64,000 nucleotides of DNA, from contig DAIORV010000005.1 of the NCBI GenBank assembly GCA_036752825.1, positions 6,641-70,640 of the forward strand, in the 5' to 3' direction. Shown here piece after piece: positions 25,593 to 35,627 of this stretch. A model generated the notes under the pieces. It searched no databases. It worked only from the letters and a program-made list of their open reading frames with translations, and had not been told where the DNA came from. Origin of the DNA: Chloroflexota bacterium (lineage in GTDB: Bacteria > Chloroflexota > UBA5177). The position numbers were made by a program, and so were the translations under genes. Positions within the stretch are counted from its first letter, which is position 1; the number at the start of each line of letters is the position of its first letter.

Positions 25593-26529
25593 CATTGTCG
25601 GCAAACGATACTGGTACTTCGCGCTTTCCCTGCTGATCATCATTCCCGGCACCTTTACCCTGATCACGTCAGGGTTGAAGCTGGGGGTTGACTTCACGGG
25701 CGGGACCGAGTTCACCATCCAGATCCCGAAAAAAGACCAGTCACTGCAGGTCGACACCCTCTTCCGTAACGATGTCGGTAACGTCGGCTACGTCCAGCCC
25801 GTCATCTCCAGCACCTGTCCCGGCAAATGCCAATACCTGGTGCGCACCAAGACGGCCAGCCAGAAACAGGTAAACAAGCTCGCCTCGGACGTTCCAAAGA
25901 CCTTCGGGGCACGTGCCCTGGTGCTCCAGCACCTCACCGTCAGCGGCACCATTGCCTCGCAGCTGACGCAGCAGGCCATAACCGCCCTTATCGCCGCGGC
26001 GATTGCCATCCTCCTGTACATCAGCTTTGCCTTCAGGCGTGCGCCAAACCCAATCAGATTCGGGATCGCCGCCCTCATCGCCATGCTGCACGACGTGCTC
26101 GTGGTGCTCGGCATCTTCGCCATTCTCGGCAAGGTTCTCAATGTCGAGGTCGACTCGACCTTCGTCACCGCCATGCTGACCATCATCGGCTTCTCGGTAC
26201 ACGACACGATTGTCATTTTTGACAGGATTCGAGAGAATCTGGGCCGCCGCACGGGACAGCCGTATGAACAGGTTGTGAACTACAGCATCCTGCAGTCGTT
26301 CGTCCGGTCGATCAACACGTCGTTCACGGTCGTGCTGACGCTGCTTGCGGTCTTCCTATTCACCGGCGAAGCAATTCGCTATTTCGTGCTCGCGATGTTG
26401 ATTGGCATCATCAGCGGCACCTATAGCTCGATCTTCAATGCGAGCCAGATTCTCGTTGTCTGGAACAACCACGAGCTGTCACGCTTCCTCCGCCGCGCCC
26501 GCGGAACGGAATCCGCCCGGGCCGCTTGA
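25576..26529 (+). CDS. secF: Protein translocase subunit SecF
   Basis: KLGVDFTGGTEF motif. The gene overlaps the secD 3' end. Confidence 0.95.
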   Translation: MPSLLDIVGKRYWYFALSLLIIIPGTFTLITSGLKLGVDFTGGTEFTIQIPKKDQSLQVDTLFRNDVGNVGYVQPVISSTCPGKCQYLVRTKTASQKQVNKLASDVPKTFGARALVLQHLTVSGTIASQLTQQAITALIAAAIAILLYISFAFRRAPNPIRFGIAALIAMLHDVLVVLGIFAILGKVLNVEVDSTFVTAMLTIIGFSVHDTIVIFDRIRENLGRRTGQPYEQVVNYSILQSFVRSINTSFTVVLTLLAVFLFTGEAIRYFVLAMLIGIISGTYSSIFNASQILVVWNNHELSRFLRRARGTESARAA

Positions 26530-26589
26530 CCTCGGAGAGCCTCACTTCGGTCACCGAGCGGGGTTGTCTTTCGTGCCGGCGCGGACTGA

Positions 26590-27741
26590 GTGATGCCTGA
26601 GCCGTCATTGCCGCCTTCGCTCGCCGGACTGAAGGTCGCACTCGTTCACGACTATCTCAACCAGGCCGGCGGCGCCGAAAAGGTGGTCGAGGTTTTCGCC
26701 GAAATGTTCCCCGGCGCCCCGATCTACACCTCCGTCTACGATCGCGATGCCATGCCCGATATCTGGAAGACGTTGGACGTCCGAACCAGCTTCATGCAGC
26801 GCATCTCTCCGCGGGTCAAGTTTGCCAGGGCCATGGTCCCGTTATATCCCGCCGCGTTCGAGCTCTTTGACCTCTCAGCCTACGACCTCGTCTTGAGCAG
26901 CACTACCACGTTCGCTAAGGCAGTAGTTACGCGACCCGAGACCTGCCACATCTGCTACTGCAACAACCCCACCAGGTTCCTGTGGATGTACCACGACTAC
27001 CTGCGCCACGAAAACCTGCCAATCGGTGTCAGAAACCTGCTGCCCTTCGTGGCGGCTCCATTTCGTGTTTGGGACTTCGCCGCCGCCCAGCGCCCTGACT
27101 ACTTCGTCGCGGGCTCGCACAATGCCGCGCGCCGCATTGCCAAGTACTACCGACGAGACAGCGACGTGGTGCAGCCGCCCATTGATGCGTCCCAATTTGC
27201 TATCTCTCCAGAGATCGGAGACTTTTACCTCGTCGTCTCGCGGCTGCAGGCCTATAAGCGTATCGACCTGGCAATAGAGGCCTGCAACCGACTCCGTCTT
27301 CCCCTCCACATCGTGGGGGATGGTCCGGATGCGGGCAGGCTTCGAGGCATGGCCGGACCGACCATCGAATTCTTCGGCCGCGCCGCCGACAGCGTCGTTC
27401 GAGAGGAATTTGCTGCCTGCCGTGCCTTTATCTTCACCGGCGAAGAGGACTTCGGTCTGACACCGTTGGAGGCTCAGGCCTCAGGTCGCCCCGTGATTGC
27501 TTTCCAACGCGGTGGTGCGCTGGAAACGGTTAAGCCTGGGCTGAGTGGGGTCTTCTTTGGCGTGCAGACTGTCGATGCACTGGCATCGACTCTCGAGAGC
27601 TTCGATCCTGCTAGCTTCGACCCAGTGCAAATCCGGGCACACGCGCTGCAGTTCGACAAGCTGGCGTTCAAGCAGAAGCTCTACAAGGTGCTCTCACGTC
27701 TGTACTCCGAACATCAGCAAGCCCTCGTGACGTCGTCGTAA
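26590..27741 (+). CDS. GT4 family glycosyltransferase (glycosyl transferase group 1)
   Basis: C-terminal EX7E-type motif EEDFGLTPLEAQASGRPVIA on a GT-B fold. Confidence 0.8.
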   Translation: MMPEPSLPPSLAGLKVALVHDYLNQAGGAEKVVEVFAEMFPGAPIYTSVYDRDAMPDIWKTLDVRTSFMQRISPRVKFARAMVPLYPAAFELFDLSAYDLVLSSTTTFAKAVVTRPETCHICYCNNPTRFLWMYHDYLRHENLPIGVRNLLPFVAAPFRVWDFAAAQRPDYFVAGSHNAARRIAKYYRRDSDVVQPPIDASQFAISPEIGDFYLVVSRLQAYKRIDLAIEACNRLRLPLHIVGDGPDAGRLRGMAGPTIEFFGRAADSVVREEFAACRAFIFTGEEDFGLTPLEAQASGRPVIAFQRGGALETVKPGLSGVFFGVQTVDALASTLESFDPASFDPVQIRAHALQFDKLAFKQKLYKVLSRLYSEHQQALVTSS

Positions 27742-28002
27742 CCGGACTGACTGACCCACAAGTCTTCCGGTTGCCAACGGCCATCGCGTTGGCTGCGTAT
27801 GCAACGCTCGTTATTGAGATGTCCGACAACGTATGCTATGACGGGATAGTTGCCACGGACACACTCGCCCCCGAGCCCGTTCACCCCGCCCTTTTGCGCG
27901 TGAAGCGGCTTTGGGGTTCTTAGGAAGTGTGTTGCTGGTGGAATTCCTTTATGGATACGCAACGCTAAGCAGCCTTATGGATGGCCGGAAGAGAGGCAAG
28001 TC

Positions 28003-29322
28003 ATGGAGACTTCCAACGCGGCAGAGCAAGTGGACCCCAACGAGACTGAGATCGCCACCGCTGCTGTTGGCCAGCGCGTGCGTACTGCCAGACGAGAGCG
28101 GGGGCTGACCCTGGAGGATCTCGGTGGCGGAGCGCTGTCGCGCTCATTTCTCAGTCGTGTCGAGAACGGCAAGACACGAATCTCCCTGAAATCACTGTAC
28201 AAGATCGCCACACGCCTCCAGCTCCCGATGAGTCACTTCCTCGAAGGTGCTATAGGGCCCGCTGAGGCGCCCCTCGAAATTGCGCTCGACGAGGCCGAAT
28301 CTTCGCTCGCCCGGCAGGACGCGGAAGGCGCGCTCTCGCGACTCAACCGGGTTTCCGTGCCTGGAAAGCTGCAGCACCGTCTCCTCTACATTCGTGGCCG
28401 GGCCCTGAATCTTCTCGAGCGCCATCGAGAGGCCATGCAGACCTTACAGACGGCTCGTGACCTCGCGCTCCAGCATGACGATTCCCACGCTTTGCTGGAG
28501 ATTGAGTGTGCTCTGGGCGCTGCGTTGTTCGGCATCGGCGTCTATGACGAGGCACAGGTGCACTTTCGCACCGTCCTCAATGACGGCCAGGGCGGCGTAG
28601 AAGATCCGGCCCTTCGTGGCAAGGCTCTCGCCGGTATCGGCAATGTCTTCTACGTCCGCGGAGACGTGGCTTCTGCCCTGGATTATTTCTCGAGAGCGCG
28701 TGAGTACATGAGAACGGTCAACGACCCGGACACTGCCGGACGCGTCTACTCCGCGCTCAGCCAGGACTATCTGCAAAAGTCCGATCTTAGCTCGGCCGTT
28801 CGACATTCGAGCTACAGCGTCGGGTCATACAGACTGAAACAAAATGCTTGGGACGCCGCACGCGAGCTTGCGACTATGGCCTTTCGATATTTAGCCGCCG
28901 ACGACCTCGATAGAGCAGCCGAGAGCGCCCAGGATGCCGCGTCACTGGCCGTCGCCATCGGTGACTCCGAGGACGAAGCTTTCGCGCGTTCCGCTCTCGC
29001 GGGCGTGTATCTCCGACAAGGGAATCCGGATCTCGCGGCACAGGAAGCCAACCGTGCTCTCGGGCTCGAGGCCAAGAGCCTGCCGGCGCGGTCTGACAGT
29101 ATGCTGGTCCTCGGGCGCATTGCATCGGAGACCGGGGAGTTTGATGCAGCGAACAACTACTACACCGACGTGGTGAATTCGCTGCGAGGCACTGAGCACC
29201 AGCTCAGATTCGCCGAAGCGGCAATTGAGTACAGCCGTTTCCTACACAAACTCGGCGATGTAGAAGCCGCCTACAGTCTTATGCTCGAGGCAACCGAGAA
29301 GCGTAGACCGTCGTTCGATTGA
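28003..29322 (+). CDS. XRE-family HTH transcriptional regulator with C-terminal TPR repeats
   Basis: The N-terminal HTH is RVRTARRERGLTLEDLGGGALSRSFLSRVENGKTRISLKSLYKIA, followed by an Ala/Leu-rich TPR-like repeat region. Confidence 0.75.
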   Translation: METSNAAEQVDPNETEIATAAVGQRVRTARRERGLTLEDLGGGALSRSFLSRVENGKTRISLKSLYKIATRLQLPMSHFLEGAIGPAEAPLEIALDEAESSLARQDAEGALSRLNRVSVPGKLQHRLLYIRGRALNLLERHREAMQTLQTARDLALQHDDSHALLEIECALGAALFGIGVYDEAQVHFRTVLNDGQGGVEDPALRGKALAGIGNVFYVRGDVASALDYFSRAREYMRTVNDPDTAGRVYSALSQDYLQKSDLSSAVRHSSYSVGSYRLKQNAWDAARELATMAFRYLAADDLDRAAESAQDAASLAVAIGDSEDEAFARSALAGVYLRQGNPDLAAQEANRALGLEAKSLPARSDSMLVLGRIASETGEFDAANNYYTDVVNSLRGTEHQLRFAEAAIEYSRFLHKLGDVEAAYSLMLEATEKRRPSFD

Positions 29323-29347
29323 CCTGGCGCGACTAAATAACGCTTCG

Positions 29348-30364
29348 ATGGGAGAGTCGCGGGCCGGAAACAACCGGCAGACGAGGTTTGGTCTCGGGGT
29401 CTCGAATTGCCGCCCGACCTCCGAGGTCGTCACGGCGGTGCGAACGGCGGAGGGTTTGGGAGCCGAGATCGCCTTCGTGGCCGAGGACGTAAATTGCCGC
29501 GATGCCTTCCAGCTCCTCACCGCGTCCGCTCTCGAGACGGGTAGAATCCGGCTTTCCACCGGCGTGGTCAATCCGTTCACTCGCAATCCCACGTCGCTGG
29601 CCATGGCGGCTGCCACGCTCGACGAGATCAGCGACGGCAGGGCCTCGCTGGGTCTCGGCACCAGTTCGCCGGCCCTAATCGAAGGTCAGATGGGAATTCC
29701 TCACACTGGCTCCGTTCGTGTCATGAGGGAAGCGGTTGAGGTGATCAAGCTTCTGCTCGAAGGAGGCACCGTGAGTTACAGCGGCTCGGTCTACAGCTAC
29801 GTCGAAGCCGAGTTGGAAGTCCGGCCGAAGCAACCCTCCGTGCCTATCTTTTTTGCTGCGATGGGATCGCGGATGCTGAGGCTCGCTGGACGAATGGCCG
29901 ACGGCGTGCTCCTGAATGTTGGAGCGTCGCCGGCCTACGTGCGCTGGGCCGTAAGTGAGCTGGAGAGAGGCGCCGGCGAAGTTGGCCGGGATCCGGCAAA
30001 CATTACGGTCGCCGCCTGGATGACCGCGTATGTAAGTGACCACCTCGAGGACAGCCTTCGGCGCGCTCGAGAGTGGCTCGCCATCATGCTCTCGATTCCT
30101 CGACAGGGAGAGCTCTTGTTGGAGAAGGCAGGCTTCGATCTCGGAATCCTGGAAGGTATCCGAGAGGAGGTTCGAGGTTACCCGCACGGCGGCAACCGCA
30201 CCGCCGCGGGGAAGCTCGTCCCTGTGGAGGTCGCCCACGAACTGACGCTCATCGGCACGGCCGCCGAGGTCGGTGCGCGCATCGACGAATATCGCCGCGC
30301 GGGAGTTCAAATCCCCGTGCTTGGCATCTCGACGCTCGAAGCCGTCATGCCGGGCGCCTCGTGA
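29348..30364 (+). CDS. LLM-class (luciferase-like) flavin/F420-dependent oxidoreductase
   Basis: TIM-barrel LLM motifs (GLGTSSPALIEG, AAMGSRMLRLAGRMADGVLLN). Confidence 0.8.
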   Translation: MGESRAGNNRQTRFGLGVSNCRPTSEVVTAVRTAEGLGAEIAFVAEDVNCRDAFQLLTASALETGRIRLSTGVVNPFTRNPTSLAMAAATLDEISDGRASLGLGTSSPALIEGQMGIPHTGSVRVMREAVEVIKLLLEGGTVSYSGSVYSYVEAELEVRPKQPSVPIFFAAMGSRMLRLAGRMADGVLLNVGASPAYVRWAVSELERGAGEVGRDPANITVAAWMTAYVSDHLEDSLRRAREWLAIMLSIPRQGELLLEKAGFDLGILEGIREEVRGYPHGGNRTAAGKLVPVEVAHELTLIGTAAEVGARIDEYRRAGVQIPVLGISTLEAVMPGAS

Positions 30365-30384
30365 AGTCGCCCATGTGCTCGTCG

Positions 30385-31047
30385 CTAAGGCCGCCGATCC
30401 GCTCCCGCCTCGGCTCGCGCAAACACCAGCCCGATGATCTCCCCCGCTCCGCTCTCCCGAAGTGCTTGCCCCGCCGCCGTCAGAGTGCTCCCGGTTGTAT
30501 ACACGTCGTCGACGAGGAGCACGTTCTCGCCATGTAATCGAGCCTCGCACTTGAACGCGTTTTCGAGATTGAGCTTTCTCTCGGCTACGGCAAGCTGAAC
30601 CTGGTCCAGAGTTTTGCGCACCCGCACAAGCGCTTTTGCCTCGAACGGCAGCGATAAGGCCTGGGCAAGGTGGCGCGAGAGCATTGCCGCTTGGTCATAC
30701 CCCCTTTCTCGCCGGCGGCTGGAATGAAGAGCGACGTGGACCACAAGGCTCCCACCTGCCTCAGCGGCAGCATCCGCCATAAGCCGTCCCATCAAACCCG
30801 ATATGGCGTGGCGATTTTGGTACTTCAGTGCGTGGACCGCTTCGCGTGCCGCTCCCTCGAACTCTGCAACCCCGATCACGCGCTCGATGACGCCCATGGG
30901 CTCGGCGCAGCGATTGCATTGGTGGGCGACCGACAGCCGTCCACAGAGTCCGCAGGTGTTACCGGCTGCCCACGCGACTGAGGTCCAACAGCTTCTGCAA
31001 ATCCAGCGTCCGACGCGGCGACATCCCACACAAACCGGGGGAAACAC
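30385..31047 (-). CDS. comFC: ComF family protein (double zinc ribbon plus phosphoribosyltransferase domain)
   Basis: The N-terminal CxxC...CxxC zinc ribbon and a PRTase motif (VLLVDDVYTTGSTL) are present. Confidence 0.85.
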   Translation of the reverse strand: MFPPVCVGCRRVGRWICRSCWTSVAWAAGNTCGLCGRLSVAHQCNRCAEPMGVIERVIGVAEFEGAAREAVHALKYQNRHAISGLMGRLMADAAAEAGGSLVVHVALHSSRRRERGYDQAAMLSRHLAQALSLPFEAKALVRVRKTLDQVQLAVAERKLNLENAFKCEARLHGENVLLVDDVYTTGSTLTAAGQALRESGAGEIIGLVFARAEAGADRRP

Positions 31048-31138
31048 AACGTCGAGCGCCCGCTCGAGCGTTGGTACGCGCGGGTACTCGGGCGAGATGC
31101 GGAATTTGGAGGTGCTAACGGTTTCCGTGCTTAGCTTC

Positions 31139-31792
31139 TCAGGCAGCGAGGCCGAGCACCTTCAAAGTGCGATCGAACCTGGTGCGGACGTGCACCAGCG
31201 GGCTGCTCAGTCTTCCGTACCAGGTGCCACCGCGCATCGACTCGAGGAAGCTTTCTGCATCCTCAAAGGGAGGCACGTCCACGTAGGCGTGGCCGAACTC
31301 GCCGTACGTGTGAGCGTCGCTGCCGGCGCCGCTCAGCAAACTGTTCTCCTTGGCGTACTGGAGTGCGCGAGCATTGAAGCGCGGCAAAGCATTCCGTGCG
31401 TTGAAAACTTCCAGGATGTCAATGTGCGGAGTTACGACTTCCAGTGCCTCTCGCTCGATGCGACTCCCGCGGACTTCATCAAAGGGATGAGGAACGTACG
31501 CCAGGCCCCCCTGCGCGTGGATGCGCTCCACCGTTTCCAAGGGCGCCTGTCCCGGCGCGATCCATTCACTCAGGAACAGACCGATGATCTCCCCACGGGA
31601 GGTCTTTATCTCCTCGGAGGGGATTACCACGAACGGAGCCCGTTTCTGCATCTCCAGTGCGCCCTTGAGCTCGTTGTGGTCGGTCACCGCAATACCGTCC
31701 AGCTTCCCCTTGCGTACCACGTCGATGATTCGGTCGTAGTCGCTCACGCAATCCTTCGAACAGAAGGTATGTGTGTGCAGATCGATCTTCAC
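31139..31792 (-). CDS. PHP-domain phosphoesterase
   Basis: KIDLHTHTFCS ... AVTDHN are PHP-domain motifs. The start is taken at the GTG (VKIDLHTHT); the longer ATG extension is Arg-rich and unlikely to be coding. The stop of the upstream gene lies 14 nt upstream. Confidence 0.75.
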   Translation of the reverse strand: MKIDLHTHTFCSKDCVSDYDRIIDVVRKGKLDGIAVTDHNELKGALEMQKRAPFVVIPSEEIKTSRGEIIGLFLSEWIAPGQAPLETVERIHAQGGLAYVPHPFDEVRGSRIEREALEVVTPHIDILEVFNARNALPRFNARALQYAKENSLLSGAGSDAHTYGEFGHAYVDVPPFEDAESFLESMRGGTWYGRLSSPLVHVRTRFDRTLKVLGLAA

Positions 31793-31805
31793 TGCTGACG
31801 CATTT

Positions 31806-32756
31806 CTATTTGTAGTAGTGGAGTATGAACGCGGCACTGACCGTCCATAGGAGAAGGTCCGCGAACAGAGGAATGTCCCGCCAGACCGCCTCCTCCGGTG
31901 CACCGGAGAAGTCCGTACGGTGAACCAACAGCAGATAACGGAAGACGCCGTACAGCACGAATGGAATTGTCACCATCATGGCGTGATTCTGGGGCACCGC
32001 GCTCGCATAGAAGGTGTACAAGGAATACGCAATGATAGTCGCGCCGGCGACGATATTGATCAAGTCGTCGAGCAGGGGGCCGGTGTACTCTTCGAGATTC
32101 CTTCGGTGCACGCGGGCCGTTTCCTCGAGCAGCAGCAGCTCGTGGCGCCGCTTTCCGAAACCGAGAAATAGGGAAATCAGGACCGTGCAAAGATACAGCC
32201 AGGGCGAGATAGACACGTGAATCACGACCGCGCCCGCCGCGGCCCGCAACACGAATCCGGCCGCAATGGCGAACACGTCGATCAGCACCAGGTGTTTGAG
32301 CTGCAGGGTGTAGGCGGTCTGTAAAACCATATACGCGAGCGCGACCAGTCCGAAGCCGGCATCGAGCACAAGAGATGCGGCGACACTGCAAAGCGCTAGG
32401 ACAAGAGACACCGTCAGTGCCAGGCGGACTGAAATCCTGCCGGCGGCGATGGGCCGGTTCGCCTTCAGCGGATGCTGCCGATCCGCCTCGACGTCCATGG
32501 CGTCGTTCAGGAAATAAACGGATGACGAAAGGGCGCAGAAGAGCGCGAATGCAGCCAATGCACGAACCGCAAGGTCCGCATGGGCGAGCTTCCCGGCGAA
32601 GATGACCGCTGCGAAGAGGAAGCCATTCTTTATCCACTGCTTCGGTCGCGCCGTGAGAATGAGATCCGAAACCAGCGAGGAGCGCCTGACCGCCTCGGAT
32701 GGTAGTTGGGAGATCGATTCTTGCATGAAAATCCCGCGAAAAGTCTGTTTCGCCAT
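31806..32756 (-). CDS. Decaprenyl-phosphate phosphoribosyltransferase-like UbiA-family prenyltransferase (DPPR synthase homolog)
   Basis: RPKQWIKN ... VYFLNDAMDVEADRQHPLKANRPIAAG ... LKHLVLIDVF closely resemble mycobacterial Rv3806c motifs. Confidence 0.85.
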   Translation of the reverse strand: MAKQTFRGIFMQESISQLPSEAVRRSSLVSDLILTARPKQWIKNGFLFAAVIFAGKLAHADLAVRALAAFALFCALSSSVYFLNDAMDVEADRQHPLKANRPIAAGRISVRLALTVSLVLALCSVAASLVLDAGFGLVALAYMVLQTAYTLQLKHLVLIDVFAIAAGFVLRAAAGAVVIHVSISPWLYLCTVLISLFLGFGKRRHELLLLEETARVHRRNLEEYTGPLLDDLINIVAGATIIAYSLYTFYASAVPQNHAMMVTIPFVLYGVFRYLLLVHRTDFSGAPEEAVWRDIPLFADLLLWTVSAAFILHYYK

Positions 32757-32900
32757 GGTATCAGCGTGCTAAACGCCCTAACAACCGACGAAACGCGCGC
32801 GACCCGTGCCGGCCAGCCGCCGCGGTGATAATGTGGTGAGCTTTGGAGACCACGGCCTAGCTAGCGCGTACACTAACGCAGTTCGGATGCCTCACCCCGT

Positions 32901-33323
32901 ATGTTCGGCCACTTCTACGAACTAATCGTCGTTCTGATCCTGGCGCTTATCTTCTTTGGCCCCGAGAAGCTGCCCGAGATTGCCCACACGGCAGGCAAGA
33001 TGATCGGGGAGCTGCGCGCCGCAATGGACTCCGCGCTGCAGCCCGATCAGCAGATCCAGGACGACGAGTTTGCCACCTACTATTACGACTCAATGCAGCA
33101 CTCAGACGAGCCGGACATCGAGGTGGAGGAGCTTCCCGACCCCGCTGACGAGGTCGATTACCCTTCGGCCGGCGGCCACCAGCATGACACGCATCTCGGA
33201 ATCGAGGTGGGCCCAGAGACCGATCACGGCGCCGGAGCCGAGGCTGCACAAGACCGACTGGCAGGCAGGTCATCCAGGCCGCATGTTGACGAAGAGGACG
33301 CGGCAAATCCCTCGAAGCCGTAG
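32901..33323 (+). CDS. tatA: Twin-arginine translocase TatA/E-family protein with a long acidic C-terminal tail
   Basis: MFGHFYELIVVLILALIFFGPEKLPE is the TM helix plus amphipathic helix. Confidence 0.85.
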   Translation: MFGHFYELIVVLILALIFFGPEKLPEIAHTAGKMIGELRAAMDSALQPDQQIQDDEFATYYYDSMQHSDEPDIEVEELPDPADEVDYPSAGGHQHDTHLGIEVGPETDHGAGAEAAQDRLAGRSSRPHVDEEDAANPSKP

Positions 33324-33335
33324 GGATACCGCCGC

Positions 33336-34049
33336 TTAGCCAGGATGTCGCACCTCGGCCGCTCCGTCGTCAAGGCCAACCACAACAGCGGCGGCCATAC
33401 CCAGAAAAAGTCCGTGCTCAACCACGCCGGTTTGCAGCTTGATGGCGTTGGCGGTTTCGTGGCGAGCTAGATCTATGCCACGTGCAGCGTGACAGTCGAG
33501 AATCAGGTTGTGGTTCGACGTGAGGTAGGGCCGTCCACTCTCAGCCTGTCGCACGGTCGATTCGAGACCTATGTCCTGCAAGTGTTGCTTCGTCGACAGC
33601 CATCCGAACTGCACGATTTCGACAGGGATGGGTGTTTTTTCCCCTAGCCGCTCCACCAGCTTGCTACTGTCTACGATCACCACAAAACGCGCGGCGGCCG
33701 ACGCCACGAGCTTCTCTCTCAGCAGTGCTCCCCCATGGCCTTTGATCAAATTAAGGTGAGGGTCAACCTCGTCGGCCCCATCGATGCAGAGATCGACACG
33801 AGCCCGTTCGTCCAGTCGTTTCAGCGGTATGCCATACGAACGCGCAATGGCGTCCGTCGCCTTTGATGTAGCAACGCCCGTGAAGCGGAGCCCCCCTCGA
33901 TGGAGCTCTCCCAGCGCGTGCACAGCAAGCTCCGCTGTCGTCCCACTTCCCAGGCCGACCGCCATGCCGTCTAGTACCATGGACGCGGCGTACCTGGCGG
34001 CCGCCTCTTTCTGCTCCTGGGATCCCATCTCTTCCAGATTATGCGGCAT
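33336..34049 (-). CDS. rpiA: Ribose-5-phosphate isomerase A
   Basis: GLGSGTT ... DGADEVD ... KGHGGALLREK are RpiA motifs. Confidence 0.9.
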   Translation of the reverse strand: MPHNLEEMGSQEQKEAAARYAASMVLDGMAVGLGSGTTAELAVHALGELHRGGLRFTGVATSKATDAIARSYGIPLKRLDERARVDLCIDGADEVDPHLNLIKGHGGALLREKLVASAAARFVVIVDSSKLVERLGEKTPIPVEIVQFGWLSTKQHLQDIGLESTVRQAESGRPYLTSNHNLILDCHAARGIDLARHETANAIKLQTGVVEHGLFLGMAAAVVVGLDDGAAEVRHPG

Positions 34050-34078
34050 GACCGGATACCAGGAGTCTGGAGGACGCG

Positions 34079-35578
34079 TTGGACGAGACTCAGGTGGATG
34101 CGTCAGAAGCCGCGGATCCTCTGATTCTCACGATTGATGTCGGATCCTCGTCCGTGAGAGCTTTTATCGTCGACGGAGCCGGACGCGCCGTTCGCGACAT
34201 GGTCGCGCGCCGGCACTATGCACTACAAACCACCACAGACGGCGCGGCGGAGGCCGACGCCGATCAGCTTCTGCGGTACGTAGAGATCTGCATTGATGAG
34301 GTGCTCGCCTCTCTCGAGCGATCGAAGCGAGTCGTGAGGGCGGTGGCGTGCGACACCTTCTGGCACAGTCTTGTGGGCATCAAGAAAGACTTAGCGCCGT
34401 CCACCACCGTGCTCACCTGGGCCGACACTCGAAGCGCCGACGCTTCGGCACAGCTCCGCAGAAAGCTGGATGCAGAAGCCATACATCAGCGCACCGGCGC
34501 CGGGCTTTACGCAAATTTCCTGCCGGCCAAGCTGCTTTGGCTGTCGGAGACTCAGCGTGACGCTTTCGATACGTCGTCACATTGGATGTCGCTCGGTGAG
34601 TACATCTATCTGAAGTTCTTCGGCCGGCTTCGGGTCTCCATTTGCATGGCGTCGGGTACCGGCCTGTTCGACCAGCGGCGTTGTACGTGGGACGAAGAGT
34701 TGATCGAGGAGCTCCCTATAGACGTGGATCAGCTTTCGCCGATCACAGAATTTTCGGCTGCCTTCACTGATCCCGTCGATCGCTACGCCAAACGGTGGCC
34801 CTCGCTCGCCGAAATTCCCTGGTACCTTCCACTGGGCGACGGGGCCTGCAACAACATCGGTAGCGGCGGAGTTGATGAAGAACGCGCCGTGCTGATGGTG
34901 GGTACGTCGGGGGCGATTCGCGTGGTACGACGCTCCGACGATTTCCAGGTCCCGAAGGGCCTCTGGACCTATCGGGTCGATGCGAAGCGCATAGTTCAGG
35001 GCGGTGCACTATCCGGTGGTGGGAATGTGTTCGCCTGGTTGGCGCGGATTCTCGCCTCTACCGATCCGGATGAGCTCGAGGCTGAACTGACTCAAGTAGC
35101 GCCCGACTCACACGGGCTGACGGCACTGCCGTTTCTAGCAGGCGAACGCAGCCCTGGATGGCACGCCGAGGCGCGAGCCGCCATAGTCGGCATGACCCTG
35201 GCAACGACACCCGCCGGGATCGCCAGAGCGATGCTCGAGGGTGTTGCGTTTCGTTTTGGTCTCGTCCTCTCCATTCTGACCGCGGAAATCGGTCAGGTGC
35301 GCGGTATCATCGGAAGTGGCGTGGGATTGCTGCACTCACCGGCGTGGATGGAAATCATGACTGATGTGCTGGGACGGCCCATCACAGTCTCAGCGGTCGA
35401 GGAAGCGACGTGCCGGGGCGCAGCCCTCCTCGCGCTCGAAGCAATGGGCCACGTTAGGGATCTTGCCGCGCTTTCAGCTCCCGTTGGGAGGACTTTTGAG
35501 CCCCGGGCCGAGAACACAAGGATTTATGCCGCGGCGACAAAGCGGCAGGAGGACCTATACCAACGTCTGCTTGCTTGA
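34079..35578 (+). CDS. FGGY-family carbohydrate kinase (gluconokinase/xylulokinase-like)
   Basis: Both FGGY N- and C-terminal domains are present (DVGSSSVRAFIVD..., GTSGAIRVV..., GSGVGLLHSPAWMEIMTDVLGRPI). Confidence 0.85.
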   Translation: MDETQVDASEAADPLILTIDVGSSSVRAFIVDGAGRAVRDMVARRHYALQTTTDGAAEADADQLLRYVEICIDEVLASLERSKRVVRAVACDTFWHSLVGIKKDLAPSTTVLTWADTRSADASAQLRRKLDAEAIHQRTGAGLYANFLPAKLLWLSETQRDAFDTSSHWMSLGEYIYLKFFGRLRVSICMASGTGLFDQRRCTWDEELIEELPIDVDQLSPITEFSAAFTDPVDRYAKRWPSLAEIPWYLPLGDGACNNIGSGGVDEERAVLMVGTSGAIRVVRRSDDFQVPKGLWTYRVDAKRIVQGGALSGGGNVFAWLARILASTDPDELEAELTQVAPDSHGLTALPFLAGERSPGWHAEARAAIVGMTLATTPAGIARAMLEGVAFRFGLVLSILTAEIGQVRGIIGSGVGLLHSPAWMEIMTDVLGRPITVSAVEEATCRGAALLALEAMGHVRDLAALSAPVGRTFEPRAENTRIYAAATKRQEDLYQRLLA

Positions 35579-35627
35579 ACACCGTCCACACACGTCTCTA
35601 AGAGGCGTCCGCGAAAGGGGATAGAAG

